From the NCBI GenBank assembly GCA_963777505.1, contig CAVZQN010000005.1:81321-145320 (forward strand): a DNA stretch of 64,000 bases. Reading direction: 5' to 3'. Under the pieces are notes generated by a model. It saw only the letters and a program-made list of their open reading frames with translations. It was not told the origin of the DNA and did not search any database. Positions 1 to 12,690 of the stretch are shown here, piece after piece. Position numbers and translations under genes: made by a program. Every line of letters begins with the position of its first letter. Position 1 is the first letter of the stretch. The DNA is from an uncultured bacterium (GTDB lineage: Bacteria; Acidobacteriota; HRBIN11; JAKEFK01).

Positions 1-1
1 T

Positions 2-1178
2 ATGATAGATATCAAACTGAAATTCCACTTCGAAGTTCATCCCTGGTTTGATGTTTTTTTTGCGCTTCAAGCACTCACCGATGAAAGTTCACGCATTCAC
101 GAAATCTGGAAACGGCGCGCACTGCAGCGCCTCCCCGCAAGCTTTCATAAGAAGCTCAACCTGATCGGCGGGTCGCCCTATATATGGCCGGCGATAGCAG
201 ATTTGTTGCTGGATTTGCCTTTGAGCATTTCATTCGAGGACAGACTTTCTAGAATTTCGCGTGTGGCGTCGCAAGACCTTCAATGGGCCTTGTTTGATGG
301 AATTTTTCACGAACCGGGGCCAGTGAAGACAGCTTCTATCCGGCAAGCTTGATCTGAATCAAACAATCACGCAGGTTTCAAAAACGAAACGTGAATGGCT
401 TGCGTTTATCGGACTGTATCCACCGAAAAAATCATCTCCACTTTTTAAAGGGCTTGAGATGCTGCTTCGCAGTCCTGTGGAATTTAGAAAGATTGTTGCA
501 GAGCTTGTCGAAACATTTTGGGACAAAGAATTCAAAGAAACATGGGAACAGATTTACAAAAAGCTTGAGCGATCGAAGGAAGAGAAAGAACGCTTATTTC
601 AATCGTGCACACTTGAAGAATTCACGCATCACGCACTCTTGCGAGTTGAAATCGATGAACGGAAAGGCGTGTTAAAAGCATTGCGCGGTGGTTATACGTT
701 ACCGCTAAAAAATCTGGCAGAAGCAATTATTTTGCCTTCGGCCTTCAACGATAAAAGGCACTGGACTTGTTACGACAAAGATCCAGGGAAGGTGATTGCT
801 TATTTTCCGTATTTCGATCCTTCAATTTCGTTAAGTTGGATAACGACAGGAAGAGGCGCTCCGATCGAGGAACCAGAACTAGATCCTGCTTTGATTTTTA
901 AGGCCTTAGGAGACACAACGCGTTATGCGATGGTTTCGCTTCTTGCGAAAGAACCGCTTACTTCAGCTGATCTTGCGAAAACTTTGAATTTGTCGCGGCC
1001 TACAGTCTCGCACCATCTTCATGTTCTTCGCGAGGCCGGGCTTATCGCTGAAAAAGCGCAGGGCAATGCATTGCTGCTCTCACTCCGAAATGAAGTTTTT
1101 CAAAATCTTTCTGACCTTGTAACCAGCAAACTATTTCAATCCACCAACATTGATTTGAAAAAAACGCGAAACAAATGA
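2..1178 (+). CDS. ArsR/SmtB-family transcriptional regulator with long N-terminal domain; split by an apparent 1-nt insertion near 330
   Basis: C-terminal wHTH FKALGDTTRYAMVSLL...LSRPTVSHHLHVLREAGLI. The frame of ORF 459..1178 stays open upstream to ~330 (QLLSGKLDLNQTITQVSKTKREWLAFIGLYPP), so ORF 2..352 and ORF 459..1178 are one gene. Confidence 0.8.
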
Positions 1179-2005
1179 ATCCCGGAATCGGCAACGAACA
1201 TCCATCAATCGAATATTACGATAGCGATTATCCATCGCCATTCGACACACTTTTTCCAGAGAACTTTGATCGTACTACGGAAGATCAGGGTCTCGCTTTT
1301 GATATTGAACGATACCGCGAACTTGTTCGTGAGGCCGGCGGACCTGTTCTCGAACTCTGTTGCGGTACAGGTCGGGTTGCAATCCCCCTGGCCCGGGACG
1401 GGTTTGATGTGACAGGCATCGATATCAATCCAGCAATGCTGGAGAAATTTCGTGACGCATTAAAGAACGAGGATCGATCGGTTTCTAACAGAATTGAAAT
1501 CATCGAGCAAGATATTACAAAGCTGAACCGGGGTGAACCGCGATTTCAAATTGCGATTCTCGCTTTTAACAGTCTTCTTTGCATTCCAGATTTTGCCGGA
1601 CAATGTGCGGCTCTCCGTTCGATTGCCGGTCAGTTGAAATCATCGGGAAAACTTCTGATCGATATTGTGAATCCACTCAAACTCAAGATCGAAGGTGATT
1701 CCACACCCAGGCCCTTTTTCACAAGGAAGAGCAGAAGGACAGGGAACACCTACACACGTTTTGCAATGATGGGTCCATTCGATTCAGATCATAAGCAGCA
1801 ATTGCATGGCTGGTACGATGAGATCCTTCCGGATGGTTCTGTAAAAAGGTTGCAGTATTCGCTTTATTGGCGTCCGATTTTCCGCTTCGAAATGGATCTC
1901 ATGTTGCGTGAAGCCGGTATGCGCCTGCTTCAAATTGAAGGGGGCCATCGAAAAGAACCGTATACGGCACAAAGCCCAAGGATGTTTTTAGTTGCAGAAA
2001 AATAA
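1175..2005 (+). CDS. Class I SAM-dependent methyltransferase
   Basis: Motif I VLELCCGTGRV, then VTGIDIN and QDI; ATGA overlap with the ArsR stop codon. Confidence 0.9.
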   Translation: MNPGIGNEHPSIEYYDSDYPSPFDTLFPENFDRTTEDQGLAFDIERYRELVREAGGPVLELCCGTGRVAIPLARDGFDVTGIDINPAMLEKFRDALKNEDRSVSNRIEIIEQDITKLNRGEPRFQIAILAFNSLLCIPDFAGQCAALRSIAGQLKSSGKLLIDIVNPLKLKIEGDSTPRPFFTRKSRRTGNTYTRFAMMGPFDSDHKQQLHGWYDEILPDGSVKRLQYSLYWRPIFRFEMDLMLREAGMRLLQIEGGHRKEPYTAQSPRMFLVAEK

Positions 2006-2007
2006 TA

Positions 2008-4170
2008 ATGAACTCCGCTATCTATTCCCTCATTCTACTGTTGTCTTTTTGCCCAGTGCTATTGGGCAGCGACGACTTTATTACGCCGCCGCGCATCAAT
2101 AATCCTCCGCGTATTGATGGAATTTTGAATGATGAAGTCTGGCAACGCGCATATGTAGTTTCAGATTTTCTTCAACGATTTCCCAGAGAAGGAGCAGTTC
2201 CAACAGAAAAAACTGAGATCAGGCTTTTATATACAACCACAGCTTTATATATCGGTTTTCGTGCGTATGACACGAGGCCGGAGAAAATTGTTTCATCCGT
2301 GTTCAAGCGGGACGATTTTGATCTGGTTCAAAATGATCAACTCGCATTCGCCATCGATTCTTACAATGATGAAAGAAACGGTTATTGGTTTTCTACCAAT
2401 CCGCTTGGCGCGCGCGTGGATGCTCAATTTGGAAACGAAGGGGATCTTTGGGAACCAAACTGGAATGGAATCTGGGAATGCAAAACTCAAGTCGATAATC
2501 AAGGTTGGACTGCAGAAATCGAAATTCCTTTTTCGACGCTCCGTTTTCGCAAAGCCGATGCAAACATTATGGGCATTAATCTCTTTCGCAGAATTATCCG
2601 CACAAATGAACAGATTTTTGCTCCGCTGATTCCTCTGCAACTTTCCAATGGAACACCGAATGTTTCTGCAGCCAGGAAATATCGCTTTGAAGGCATTGAG
2701 GGGTCCGATCATCTGTTTGTAAAACCGTATGGGCTCAGTGGTTTCACCGCAGAAACGGATAGTACGGAAATGGAAAACGATGGCGGTGTTGATGTGCGTT
2801 ATCAAGTCACAAACAACTTAATTTCCAATTTCTCACTCAACATGGATTTCGCGCAGGCAGATGTGGATGACCGCCAGGTAAACCTGACACGTTTTAGACT
2901 CTTCTTTCCTGAAAAGCGTGAATTCTTCCTGGAAAGCGCTAATAATTTTCTATTTGGAATTGCCGGTGAAACTGAACTTTTTTTTAGCCGAAGGATCGGT
3001 CTCTCTGAAGATGCTACAACGACTGTTCCAATTCTATTTGGCGGAAAACTTACCGGGAAACTTCACGGATTTGATATCGGCATCCTTGATGTTCAAACTC
3101 GATCCCAGGATTGCGATGATGAATTCGATTTCTGTACAGATGATCCCGCCGAAAATTTCAGCGTTATTCGATTAAAGGGTGGATTGGGTTCGCGATCATA
3201 CATAGGAGGCATCATCACAAATCGCTGGGCCGATGAATTGTTTTCCAGTCAATCCTATGGACTCGATATGAATGTTCACCTTGGTAATGAGATCTTCCTG
3301 AGCGGTTTTGCGTCAGGAGTTCATTCTCCAAAAACTACAAACTTTTTGGATTCTTCAGCCTTCGATTTGAATCTATCAAGAGGCGGTGAGCGAACCTCAT
3401 TCCGTGTCCGTTACACGGATATCGCAGCTGACTTTGATCCAGCAATCGGTTTTGTGCAAAGACCTGATACACGGCGTTTTCACGGCAACTTGTTTACGCC
3501 GTTTTACAGAAAACAGGGGAGATTGCTGAGCCTTACACCGGGTTATGAATTGATTCGCGAAGAAGATCACACCGGAATTCTCACATTTTTTGGACAGGAA
3601 GCATCCTTCAAAATTCTGTTTCAAAGCGAGGATCAATTTCGGTTGTTTGTAAATCGCGAAGAGGAATTTGTGCCTGAAGACTTTTTCATTTTTCGTGATG
3701 TTGAAATTCCAAAGGGGAGCTACCTGGAGAATCGAGCCGGAATTGAGGTTTCGTCGAAACCTGGAAGGAACTTTTCCGGAACACTCATTGTTTCTCAGGG
3801 TGGATTCTTTGGTGGCTCCCGGCTGGAATTGAGTCCGTCGTTGATCTGGAAAGTGAATAAACATTTTACTTTATCGCAAGCAGTTCAATCGAACCTTATT
3901 GAACTTGAGCAAGACAATTTTAATGTTTACGTCACTCGTACGAGAATTGCGTATTCTTTGAATACAAATTTTTCTGCTTCAGCGGTTTTGCAATACGACA
4001 ATTCTTCGCAGGAATTCGGACTTAACTTCCGCGCAGGTTATTTGTTTAAAGAGGGAACCGAGCTGTTTGTCGTTTACAACGAAATCATGGAAGAGAGTTT
4101 CGTGACTCGTCCAGTTGCTCGGCGTGATCGATCATTTCTAATCAAGTTCACTTACATGTTTAGGATCTAA
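2008..4170 (+). CDS. CBM9-like plus DUF5916 domain exported/outer-membrane protein
   Basis: Signal peptide; [12 protein letters not shown] and [15 protein letters not shown] (CBM9-like); [27 protein letters not shown] and FFSRRIG (DUF5916); beta-barrel-like C-terminus [11 protein letters not shown]. Confidence 0.85.
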   Translation: MNSAIYSLILLLSFCPVLLGSDDFITPPRINNPPRIDGILNDEVWQRAYVVSDFLQRFPREGAVPTEKTEIRLLYTTTALYIGFRAYDTRPEKIVSSVFKRDDFDLVQNDQLAFAIDSYNDERNGYWFSTNPLGARVDAQFGNEGDLWEPNWNGIWECKTQVDNQGWTAEIEIPFSTLRFRKADANIMGINLFRRIIRTNEQIFAPLIPLQLSNGTPNVSAARKYRFEGIEGSDHLFVKPYGLSGFTAETDSTEMENDGGVDVRYQVTNNLISNFSLNMDFAQADVDDRQVNLTRFRLFFPEKREFFLESANNFLFGIAGETELFFSRRIGLSEDATTTVPILFGGKLTGKLHGFDIGILDVQTRSQDCDDEFDFCTDDPAENFSVIRLKGGLGSRSYIGGIITNRWADELFSSQSYGLDMNVHLGNEIFLSGFASGVHSPKTTNFLDSSAFDLNLSRGGERTSFRVRYTDIAADFDPAIGFVQRPDTRRFHGNLFTPFYRKQGRLLSLTPGYELIREEDHTGILTFFGQEASFKILFQSEDQFRLFVNREEEFVPEDFFIFRDVEIPKGSYLENRAGIEVSSKPGRNFSGTLIVSQGGFFGGSRLELSPSLIWKVNKHFTLSQAVQSNLIELEQDNFNVYVTRTRIAYSLNTNFSASAVLQYDNSSQEFGLNFRAGYLFKEGTELFVVYNEIMEESFVTRPVARRDRSFLIKFTYMFRI

Positions 4171-5866
4171 ACGTTTTTTCTATAATCTTCAATTCGATTT
4201 CTTTGCAGGATATTTCACGCATTTTGAATTTTTGGATTTTGCCTGTAACAGTCATTGGAAAGCTATCGGTAAAGCGCCAATACCTTGGAACTTTGTAATG
4301 AGCAATTTTGCCTTGGCAATATGCGTGCAACTCTGTGGCTTCCACTTCGACTCCGTCTTTTAGAACCACCCAGGCCATGACTTCTTCTCCGTAGAGTTCA
4401 TCCGGAACGCCGATAACCTGGACGTCCTTGATTTTTGAATGTGAATACAAGAATTCTTCAATTTCTCTTGGATAAATATTTTCTCCACCGCGGATGATCA
4501 TGTCTTTAGAACGGCCAACAATCTTCACAAAGCCTTCATCATCCATCACGGCAAGATCGCCTGTATGCATCCAGCGTGAATGATCGATTGCATCAGCTGT
4601 GCCTTCCGGGTTGTTCCAATAACCAAGCATTACGATGTATCCACGCGAAAGAAATTCGCCAGTAACTCCGCGCGGAACTGTTGCGCCAGTAGAAGGGTCA
4701 ATGATTTTACATTCAACATGAGGATGAGCGCGTCCAACGGTTGATACTTGTTTCTCAATTGGATCCTCAGGTTCGGTCTGACAGGATACAGGCGAAGTTT
4801 CGGTCATGCCATAAGCAATCGTGATTTCATTCATATGCATGCGAGTCTTCACTTGTCTCATAACTTCAATGGGACACGGTGCTCCTGCCATAATCCCGGT
4901 TCGTAAACTCGTCAGGTCGTATGTATCAAAATCAGGAACAGCAAGCTCAGCGATAAACATAGTTGGCACACCATGCAGTGCTGTGCAACGTTCCTCCGAA
5001 ACTGTTTTCATTGTCTGAACCGGATCAAAACCTTCAGAAGGCAAAACCATTGTTGCACCGTGCGTAATGCAAGCCAGATTTCCAAGCACCATACCGAAGC
5101 AATGATAAAAAGGAACGGGAATGCAGAGACGATCCTGATCAGTAAAGCGCATCCGTTCGCCGATGAAAAATCCGTTGTTGAGAATCGAATGGTGGCTTAA
5201 TGTTGCGCCTTTCGGAAAACCGGTTGTACCGGATGTGTATTGAATGTTGATCGGATCATCAAAATTCAATTGCGATTGACGGTTCTTGAGTTCATCATTC
5301 GAAATGTTTTCAGTGCGTGTCAAAATATCGGTCCAGGAAAAGGTTCCGTCAGCGGGTCTGGAGCTCAATCGGATTACAGTTCGTAGCTGCGGAATTTGCT
5401 TTGAATGCAATTGTCCCGGAGCGCATTGATTCAGCTCGGGACAAACCTCCCGAAGAATTTCTTCATAGTTAGAAGTTTTGAATCGTTCACAAATAATTAA
5501 GGCGGAACATCCGGATTGCCGGAGTGCATATTCTAATTCAGTGACACGATATGCAGGATTGATGTTGACAAGAATGGCTCCAATTTTTGCGGTTGCTAAT
5601 TGCGTGACAATCCATTCAAAGTTATTGATCGACCAGATTCCAATTCGATCTCCTTTTGCAATTCCACACGCCATCAATCCCCGCGCGAAGCGATCACATA
5701 TCTCGCGCAATTCTGCGTAAGTCAGCCGAACGTTTTGATGTCTTGAAATAACAGCCTGGTTGTGCGGGAACTGCTCAACTATCCGATCAAAAAAGTCGCC
5801 AATTGTTGATCCAATCAGCGGAACTGTGGATGTTCCATGAGCATAGGATAGATGTTTCGGATCCAT
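4160..5866 (-). CDS. AMP-binding acyl-CoA synthetase (ACSF2-like fatty-acid--CoA ligase)
   Basis: Motifs [47 protein letters not shown] and TGKIQK. Likely start is MDPKH at 5866. Confidence 0.93.
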   Translation of the reverse strand: MDPKHLSYAHGTSTVPLIGSTIGDFFDRIVEQFPHNQAVISRHQNVRLTYAELREICDRFARGLMACGIAKGDRIGIWSINNFEWIVTQLATAKIGAILVNINPAYRVTELEYALRQSGCSALIICERFKTSNYEEILREVCPELNQCAPGQLHSKQIPQLRTVIRLSSRPADGTFSWTDILTRTENISNDELKNRQSQLNFDDPINIQYTSGTTGFPKGATLSHHSILNNGFFIGERMRFTDQDRLCIPVPFYHCFGMVLGNLACITHGATMVLPSEGFDPVQTMKTVSEERCTALHGVPTMFIAELAVPDFDTYDLTSLRTGIMAGAPCPIEVMRQVKTRMHMNEITIAYGMTETSPVSCQTEPEDPIEKQVSTVGRAHPHVECKIIDPSTGATVPRGVTGEFLSRGYIVMLGYWNNPEGTADAIDHSRWMHTGDLAVMDDEGFVKIVGRSKDMIIRGGENIYPREIEEFLYSHSKIKDVQVIGVPDELYGEEVMAWVVLKDGVEVEATELHAYCQGKIAHYKVPRYWRFTDSFPMTVTGKIQKFKMREISCKEIELKIIEKTFRS

Positions 5867-5873
5867 ACTGTAC

Positions 5874-8800
5874 TTAGCGTATTTGCGGTAAAAGTTCTTC
5901 AAAACACGTACCAAGAGCAACGATCAATTGATCCCCATCCATTTTTGAAAAAGGCATTGGTGGGCGGATTTTGAGAACGTTATGGAAAGGGCCATCGGTG
6001 CCGAGCAAGACTCCGAGTTCGCGCATACGATTCACTATGTATGACGCTTCCTCGCTTGCCGGTTCAAGAGTTTCACGATTGCGAACCAGTTCTACTCCAA
6101 GGAAAAGACCGGAGCCGCGCACATCGCCAATCAACGGATAGTTCAGTTGCAGCTGTTTCAACTGTTGCAGCATGTAGGACCCAACATTTAATGCATGATC
6201 TTGAAGTTTTTCTTCCAAAACAATTTTAAGAACGGTCAATCCGATTGCACACGAAACAGTGTTGCCGCCGAACGTGCTGAAAAACTCCATCCCATTATCA
6301 AAGGACGCTGCAATTTCTTTTGTTGTAACTACAGCACCGATCGGATGTCCGTTGCCGATAGGCTTTCCTAAAACAACAATGTCAGGCACGACGTTTTGTG
6401 ATTGAAATCCCCAGAAGTGTGTGCCGATACGTCCGTAGCCTGTTTGTACTTCATCTGCAATACAAACTCCGCCTGAATCTCGCACGCGTTTATATACTGC
6501 TGAAAGATAACCATCCGGAAATAAGATTTGTCCACCGACACTCGGACAGGATTCAGCAAGAAATCCTGCAATCCCTTTATTTGTCCGAGCAATTATTTCA
6601 GAAATTTCCGCTGCATGGTTTTCAATGGTTTTTTTATTACGATACGGATCTGCAAGTGAAGCAACATGAACCCAATCGGGTGTGCCTTCGCCGCCTGGGC
6701 CATTGTGTTTATAGGGGCTTATGTCGATCAAAGTTGTGGTTATACCGTGATAAGCAGCATCGAGGACTATCATGTCACGACGTTTTGTGTGAGCACGCGC
6801 AAGCCTGATTGCAAGTTCGTTTGCTTCGCTTCCGGAATTTACGAAAAAACAAACACGTAATGGTTCAGGAAGCGTGCTACATAATTGTTCCGCATACAGA
6901 TTGATCAGATCATGCAGGTAACGCGTATTCGTGCTTAAAACATTCATTTGTTGTTGCGCAGCTTTTACGACACGGGGATGGCAATGACCAACATGCGGAA
7001 CATTGTTGTAAGCATCGAGATATTTCTTTCCATTTTCATCGTACAAATACTGCATCCAGCCGCGAACAATCTTGACAGGATTACGATACGAGAGCTTTAC
7101 GTTTGCGCCTATTGCATTTTTGCGATCCGCGAGAGTCTCTCCCTTCGATGCTTCGGAAATGGGAAGTTTCAAAATCAAATTTGGATCGGGTGAGAAGGCA
7201 GACCAGACTTCGCGTTCGCTCGCACGAAAAACACCGGGAAAATCGCAATCAAGTTCCAGCGGATCCAGGATGATTTGAAGATGCAAATGAGTAGGCCATC
7301 CACCATTCACATCTTGTTCGCCGATGGTTCCCAGCTGTTCACCGGCAGAAATTTGTTTCCCAACTGAAAAGCTCGCAAGTGATTCAACATTGAGATGCCC
7401 ATACAAGACATAAAAAGTATGCCCAGCATTCGTTGAATGTTTCAAAATCACAAGAGCCCCATAATCCTGAGGCCCTGTGTTGTTCGCAAATGCATGTACT
7501 TCACCGTCAAGTGGTGCAAATACTTTCGTGCCTGGTTCTGCAAAAAGATCCATTCCCATGTGGATCGTACGTCTTTCAAGCGAGGGGTGTGTGGATGCAA
7601 AAACTTCTGATGTATAGAGATTGCGCGGCTCATTGTATCGTCCGACTGCCACACGAACATTCGCGGAGTTCTTTTCCTGCAAAATGCGTTGACCTAATTG
7701 GGTTGCTTCATTCTCGAGTGCATTGCCGCTGAGAAGAGGGCTTGAATAACTTAAATCCAACACAATGAAGGGTTCTTTATGCAAATCAATATCTAATACA
7801 GATCGGAAAGAATTTGCGTTGAGCCAATCACAAATAGCTTTAACATTGCGCAACGCAGGTAACCCGCAGGCATGTCGTAATGTCGCTTCTGCAAATCTTG
7901 GATGGATCTTACTTATTTGAGGCAAAGTATTACGGATTGAGCGCTGACTGATCGTTAGATATTCATCATTCGGCCGCTGCTTTTGTTGATCTGCTGCGAT
8001 GCAAATGCTCATACACAACCGTAGGCAAACAAATCCCCACAGTGACGAAAGTTCAGCTTCAGTTAGCGGATAAACCTGATGATAACCGCGGACGATGATT
8101 GCGGCTGTTTCAAGTGGATCCGGTTTGTTCAGGATTGCATACGCAATTGCGATAGCCAGATTGCAGACAGTATAGCTGTAAACCATATCGCCGAAATCAA
8201 GAATTCCAACAATCTTCTGGTTTCGGGTGAACAAGTCATTTCCACCGCCTGCAAGAATATTGTGATCATTTGCGTCATTGTGAATGATGCTACGGCGCAG
8301 AGACTTGATGTTGGGCAGCGTTGTGCGTTTAAATTCCGTTGCTAATGTGTTCACAAGATCACGGATTGGTGGATCTTCGATCAGCGCTTCATATTGATTG
8401 ATAATCTGTAATCCGTTTGCGAGGTCCCAATAAAAATCGCGATGGAGGGAAGGATGATCAAAATCCGCGAGGGCATGATCAAGCGTTGCAACCGCACGTC
8501 CAAGATCCTCAAGTAAATCAGGTGAATGCCGTTTGACATTCGCGAGTGGAATGCCATCCAGATAATGCACTAAACGAACGAGGTGGGATTGTCCATCTTT
8601 CGATGTAGTTTCAACCGCGAATTCACCGGTCCGCGCTTTTACGATGCGAGGACACAGATCCGTATGTTTAGAAAGATGAATCAGGGCTTGATTCTGTGCT
8701 TCCAGCAATCCGCGATCATCAGCAGAGCTTGAAATTTTTAGTACATACTTTTTGCCATCATCTGCTTCCAGCAAAAAGTTCTGATCTCTCTCGCTGGGCA

Positions 8801-8909
8801 ATGGCTGCGCTGTTGCTCGAATGCCATAAAGCTGTAGTGTGAGGTTAAGAGCATCCTCCATTGTGAAACGTGGAGCATTTTGCAAATTCATATAAATAGT
8901 ATGAACCAC
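5874..8909 (-). CDS. Fusion of APH-like kinase (hydroxylysine-kinase type), M23 peptidase and class-III PLP aminotransferase/phospho-lyase
   Basis: Kinase: [26 protein letters not shown]23: HMGMD and HLHLQ. Aminotransferase III: [40 protein letters not shown]. Start may be at the second Met. Confidence 0.9.
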   Translation of the reverse strand: MVHTIYMNLQNAPRFTMEDALNLTLQLYGIRATAQPLPSERDQNFLLEADDGKKYVLKISSSADDRGLLEAQNQALIHLSKHTDLCPRIVKARTGEFAVETTSKDGQSHLVRLVHYLDGIPLANVKRHSPDLLEDLGRAVATLDHALADFDHPSLHRDFYWDLANGLQIINQYEALIEDPPIRDLVNTLATEFKRTTLPNIKSLRRSIIHNDANDHNILAGGGNDLFTRNQKIVGILDFGDMVYSYTVCNLAIAIAYAILNKPDPLETAAIIVRGYHQVYPLTEAELSSLWGFVCLRLCMSICIAADQQKQRPNDEYLTISQRSIRNTLPQISKIHPRFAEATLRHACGLPALRNVKAICDWLNANSFRSVLDIDLHKEPFIVLDLSYSSPLLSGNALENEATQLGQRILQEKNSANVRVAVGRYNEPRNLYTSEVFASTHPSLERRTIHMGMDLFAEPGTKVFAPLDGEVHAFANNTGPQDYGALVILKHSTNAGHTFYVLYGHLNVESLASFSVGKQISAGEQLGTIGEQDVNGGWPTHLHLQIILDPLELDCDFPGVFRASEREVWSAFSPDPNLILKLPISEASKGETLADRKNAIGANVKLSYRNPVKIVRGWMQYLYDENGKKYLDAYNNVPHVGHCHPRVVKAAQQQMNVLSTNTRYLHDLINLYAEQLCSTLPEPLRVCFFVNSGSEANELAIRLARAHTKRRDMIVLDAAYHGITTTLIDISPYKHNGPGGEGTPDWVHVASLADPYRNKKTIENHAAEISEIIARTNKGIAGFLAESCPSVGGQILFPDGYLSAVYKRVRDSGGVCIADEVQTGYGRIGTHFWGFQSQNVVPDIVVLGKPIGNGHPIGAVVTTKEIAASFDNGMEFFSTFGGNTVSCAIGLTVLKIVLEEKLQDHALNVGSYMLQQLKQLQLNYPLIGDVRGSGLFLGVELVRNRETLEPASEEASYIVNRMRELGVLLGTDGPFHNVLKIRPPMPFSKMDGDQLIVALGTCFEELLPQIR

Positions 8910-8946
8910 AAAGGCTCAAAGCGCCTCAGCGACTCTGCGGTTCATG

Positions 8947-10020
8947 TTATCCGGAAATCACTTCATCCTTTAATGACTGCATATCGATAACAAACCGATA
9001 CTTAACATCACTCCGCAGCAGACGGTCATAGGCTTCATTCACTTGCTGAATCTTGATCATTTCGATGTCACAGGCGATACCATGATCGGCGCAGAAGTTC
9101 AGCATCTCTTGAGTTTCGAGAATTCCACCGATTGGCGAACCGGAAAGGTTTCGTCGTTTGAAGATTAAGTTGAAAGCTTTAATAGGCGATGGTTTTTCAG
9201 GAGCGCCGACAAGTGTTAGTGTTCCATCACGTTTGACTAACTCAAGATAGGCATTGATATCATGTGCTGCGGAGACCGTGTCAAGAATGAAGTCAAAACT
9301 GTTTGCATGTTTCAACATTTCATCAGGATTCTTTGAAATAACAACTTCGTGAGCTCCAAGACGTATTGCATCCTCAGTTTTGCCGGGTGAAGTTGTAAAG
9401 AGTACAACCCTTGCGCCAAATGCATTTGCGAATTTCACTGCCATATGACCGAGACCACCAAGGCCCACAACACCAACTTTTTTTCCTTCGCGAACATTCC
9501 AATGCCGCATAGGTGAATACGTTGTGATGCCTGCACACAACAACGGTGCTACTGCTGCAAGATTCTTAACTTGAGGCACCTTCAATACAAAGGCTTCATC
9601 GACAACAATACTTTCGGAATAACCTCCGAGTGTTTTTCCGCCAAGATGTTTATCATCAGCGTTATACGTAAAAACAACATTATCGCAAAATTGTTCCTGC
9701 CCTTCACGGCATTGAATACACGTACGGTCGGAATCAACCATACAGCCAACAGCAACAAGATCGCCTTCCTTAAATTTTTTAACGCTGCTTCCAACTTTGA
9801 CAGCGCGACCGACAATTTCATGACCCGGCACACAAGGGTAAACGGTAGGTAAACCGGCCTCTTCCCACTCATTTCGAACCTGATGCAAATCGGAATGACA
9901 GACACCACAATATAGGATTTCAATTTGCACATCTTGCGCACCTGGATCGCGTCGTTGAATCAATCCCGGAGCCATTGGTGAAGATTCGCCCTTCGATATA
10001 TATGCTTTGCTCGTTTGCAT
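8947..10020 (-). CDS. Zn-dependent NAD(P) alcohol dehydrogenase (cinnamyl-ADH/YahK-like)
   Basis: Motifs CGVCHSD, PGHEIVG, APLLCAGITTYSP, GLGGLGH and DVKYRFVID; RBS AAAGGAGG upstream. Confidence 0.95.
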   Translation of the reverse strand: MQTSKAYISKGESSPMAPGLIQRRDPGAQDVQIEILYCGVCHSDLHQVRNEWEEAGLPTVYPCVPGHEIVGRAVKVGSSVKKFKEGDLVAVGCMVDSDRTCIQCREGQEQFCDNVVFTYNADDKHLGGKTLGGYSESIVVDEAFVLKVPQVKNLAAVAPLLCAGITTYSPMRHWNVREGKKVGVVGLGGLGHMAVKFANAFGARVVLFTTSPGKTEDAIRLGAHEVVISKNPDEMLKHANSFDFILDTVSAAHDINAYLELVKRDGTLTLVGAPEKPSPIKAFNLIFKRRNLSGSPIGGILETQEMLNFCADHGIACDIEMIKIQQVNEAYDRLLRSDVKYRFVIDMQSLKDEVISG

Positions 10021-10153
10021 TTTGCATTCCTCCTTTCAACAATAAATGTAACAATTTAACTTGAATGGGGCACTAACAAATTGCGCCAATGAACTCGCAA
10101 AACGCGCCATGTGGATTACTCCAAGGATGCAAAGCTGATAGAATCTCCGGGCT

Positions 10154-12148
10154 ATGACGAGGTGGAATTCAGGAAAACTGGCGTCGATAATTTTCTTGAT
10201 CGCACTCACTTTTTACATTTACACGATGGCTCCCGTTGTAACATTCGTAGACAGCGGGGAACTCGCCGCCGTTGTTGGAACTCGCGGAGTTTCGCATCCT
10301 ACAGGATTTCCTTTATATTCTCTGCTAACTTCCCTTGTTGCCGCCGTTCCGGTCGGATCATTGATCCGTCGATTGAATTCATTTTCAGCGCTCTGTGCAG
10401 CAATCAGCGTTGCTATGACTTATCTGATTTTTCAGAAAATCCTCAAGGACGTTTCGTCAAAGAAAAGGAAAACGAAAAGTAAATCTATTGGATTGCCTCT
10501 GGTTGAGATGGCATGGGTGGGCTCATCAGCTGCAGCATTCGCATGGATGACGAATCGCGCTTTATGGAGCACTGCAACCGTGACGGAAGTTTATGCTCTT
10601 CACGCAATGCTCCTGACGATCTTTTGTTTCTTACTGATTTCGTACTCCAGGAGCATTGAGCCCGCATCCACAAAGTATTTAGCTTTAGCATTTCTGATCG
10701 CAGGATTGGGAATCTCAAATTATCCCCCTTTTGCAATTCTTGCGCCTGCTGTTCTGTTCTATCTATATAAGAAGCGGCCTTCATCGATGAAATGGAAAAA
10801 CATGCTATGGATGTGTGGTCTGTTCGCAGGCGGATTGCTTCCTTATATATTGCTACCCATCCGCGCTAATTCTGACCCGCTACTGAATTGGGGAAACCCT
10901 TCTAGCTGGGAACTCTTTTGGAATCATGTTTCGGCAGCACAATACAAAATCTTTCTAGGCAAACCAAACTTTGCACACCTTTCAGATGCAATTCTTCTGT
11001 GGTGGGATCAGTGGCCCGTACCAATTTGGCTGTTAATGGTTTCTGGAATTGTTTTTATTTTCAGAATGAGACGCGATGAGTTTTTTTTCACATTCATTAT
11101 AGGGATTACAAATATCCTCTATGTTTTAAGTTATGACATCGTAGATGTTTCGAGCGCCCCAAGCGATTATTATGCATATCTTTTGCCTCTGTGCTGCGTA
11201 AGCTCCATTTGGATCGGCGCAGGGGTACAGTGGATTGTTGTAACGATCCAAAAACTTTCGATCAATCCTCAAATAGTGCGTACTATATGTATAGTACTAT
11301 TAATTGGAATCCCTGTTGGCACAGCCGGGGCTTTTTGGGGGCAGTCCAATCGGCGGCAATATGTTTATGCTGATGACTTTGCTCGCAGCATCCTTGTGTC
11401 ATTGCCTCGCAATTCACTTGTGCTCACACATGATTGGACCTTCGTTTCACCGGCATTGTATCTACAACATATTGAACAGGTTAGACCCGATGTGGTTGTT
11501 CTCGATACAGAGCTTTTGCGCCGTAGCTGGTATTTCAAATATGTGAAAAAAGTAGCCCCATGGCTGCTTCAATCAAACGAACGGCAAATTTCAGCATTTG
11601 TGGCAGAGCTTGCAAAATATGAATCGGGTATTCCGTACGATGCTAATTTGATAACCGAAAAATATGTAGCGATGATCAATGGTTTTGTCTCTACAAGCCT
11701 TTACGATCAACATCCTGCACACATTCTTTTGAACCTGGAAGCAAAAGAAGCCGATCCGCAAACATTCAGAGAATGGGAACGATCGTTAGGTAGACCTCCA
11801 TTTATTACACTTGGCGTAATGCCAAATGCAATCGGGGCAGGCTATCAATGGGTTCCCGAAAGTCTTGCGTTCAGACTCTATGCAGACAACAAAATCCATT
11901 CTTTGCAGCCAATAACTGTACCTCCACGATCGATTGATCAAAGCCGTGAATATGATCCTGTTACGCGCGGAGTATTTGCTCGTTATGCGGAATTCTGGAG
12001 ATGGCGTGGTGATTATTTGAGGTCTCGCCAGAATTGTACTGACGCAATAGAAAGTTATGAACGCGCGAGGCAAATCTTGCCTGAACTGAAGGAAGTGTCT
12101 GAAGGCTTAAGTGTTTGTGTTGAAACACTTTTGACAAACGAACAATAA
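10154..12148 (+). CDS. DUF2723 (TMEM260-like) GT-C membrane glycosyltransferase with C-terminal TPR
   Basis: YTMAPVVTFVDSGEL...GVSHPTGFPLY, EVYALH, LPIRA..P.LNWGNP and QVRPDV; multiple TM helices. Confidence 0.88.
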   Translation: MTRWNSGKLASIIFLIALTFYIYTMAPVVTFVDSGELAAVVGTRGVSHPTGFPLYSLLTSLVAAVPVGSLIRRLNSFSALCAAISVAMTYLIFQKILKDVSSKKRKTKSKSIGLPLVEMAWVGSSAAAFAWMTNRALWSTATVTEVYALHAMLLTIFCFLLISYSRSIEPASTKYLALAFLIAGLGISNYPPFAILAPAVLFYLYKKRPSSMKWKNMLWMCGLFAGGLLPYILLPIRANSDPLLNWGNPSSWELFWNHVSAAQYKIFLGKPNFAHLSDAILLWWDQWPVPIWLLMVSGIVFIFRMRRDEFFFTFIIGITNILYVLSYDIVDVSSAPSDYYAYLLPLCCVSSIWIGAGVQWIVVTIQKLSINPQIVRTICIVLLIGIPVGTAGAFWGQSNRRQYVYADDFARSILVSLPRNSLVLTHDWTFVSPALYLQHIEQVRPDVVVLDTELLRRSWYFKYVKKVAPWLLQSNERQISAFVAELAKYESGIPYDANLITEKYVAMINGFVSTSLYDQHPAHILLNLEAKEADPQTFREWERSLGRPPFITLGVMPNAIGAGYQWVPESLAFRLYADNKIHSLQPITVPPRSIDQSREYDPVTRGVFARYAEFWRWRGDYLRSRQNCTDAIESYERARQILPELKEVSEGLSVCVETLLTNEQ

Positions 12149-12226
12149 GATCCGGCGCGTTTTTTGTTGAACAATTCATACCATTCTGTTATTCTCACTT
12201 CCAACAAATTAGTGGAGGACAGGGAT

Positions 12227-12619
12227 ATGAGACAAAAGCCCTTAGTGTATCTACTACCGTTAGTGTTACTATCTTTCACCGCGATCTGTTTTGCGGGAGC
12301 ATTTCCAAAATCCGTAATGCTCCACCCAAAAGCAGGCGCAACATTTAGTCCAGGTGAAAAAGTTACGATCCGTTGGAAAATCACTGATGCTGATAAAGCC
12401 GTGTTTTGCGAACAGGAAATCTATCTGATCGTTGGGGACGTAAAATATCAAATCAGTCCAGAACTTCAAAAAGACGTTCGCAAATACAAATGGGTTGTGC
12501 CAAATATTCCCGCTGAAAAGGCATATCTCGAATTGCATCTTGGCTGTGAAAGGGGATCAGCATTTGAAGCTGCGTACGTTCAAAAGAATCATCCCATCAC
12601 GATTCGAGAAGATCAGTAG
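12227..12619 (+). CDS. Secreted hypothetical protein with an Ig-like fold
   Basis: RBS GGAGG, signal peptide, and HPKAGATFSPGEKVTIRW...YKWVVPN pattern. Confidence 0.65.
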   Translation: MRQKPLVYLLPLVLLSFTAICFAGAFPKSVMLHPKAGATFSPGEKVTIRWKITDADKAVFCEQEIYLIVGDVKYQISPELQKDVRKYKWVVPNIPAEKAYLELHLGCERGSAFEAAYVQKNHPITIREDQ

Positions 12620-12690
12620 TTGCAGTTCAACTTTAGCTTTTGTTGAATTGTGACAATTTGTATCCGTGGATCGAACTGAAGGACTAAATC

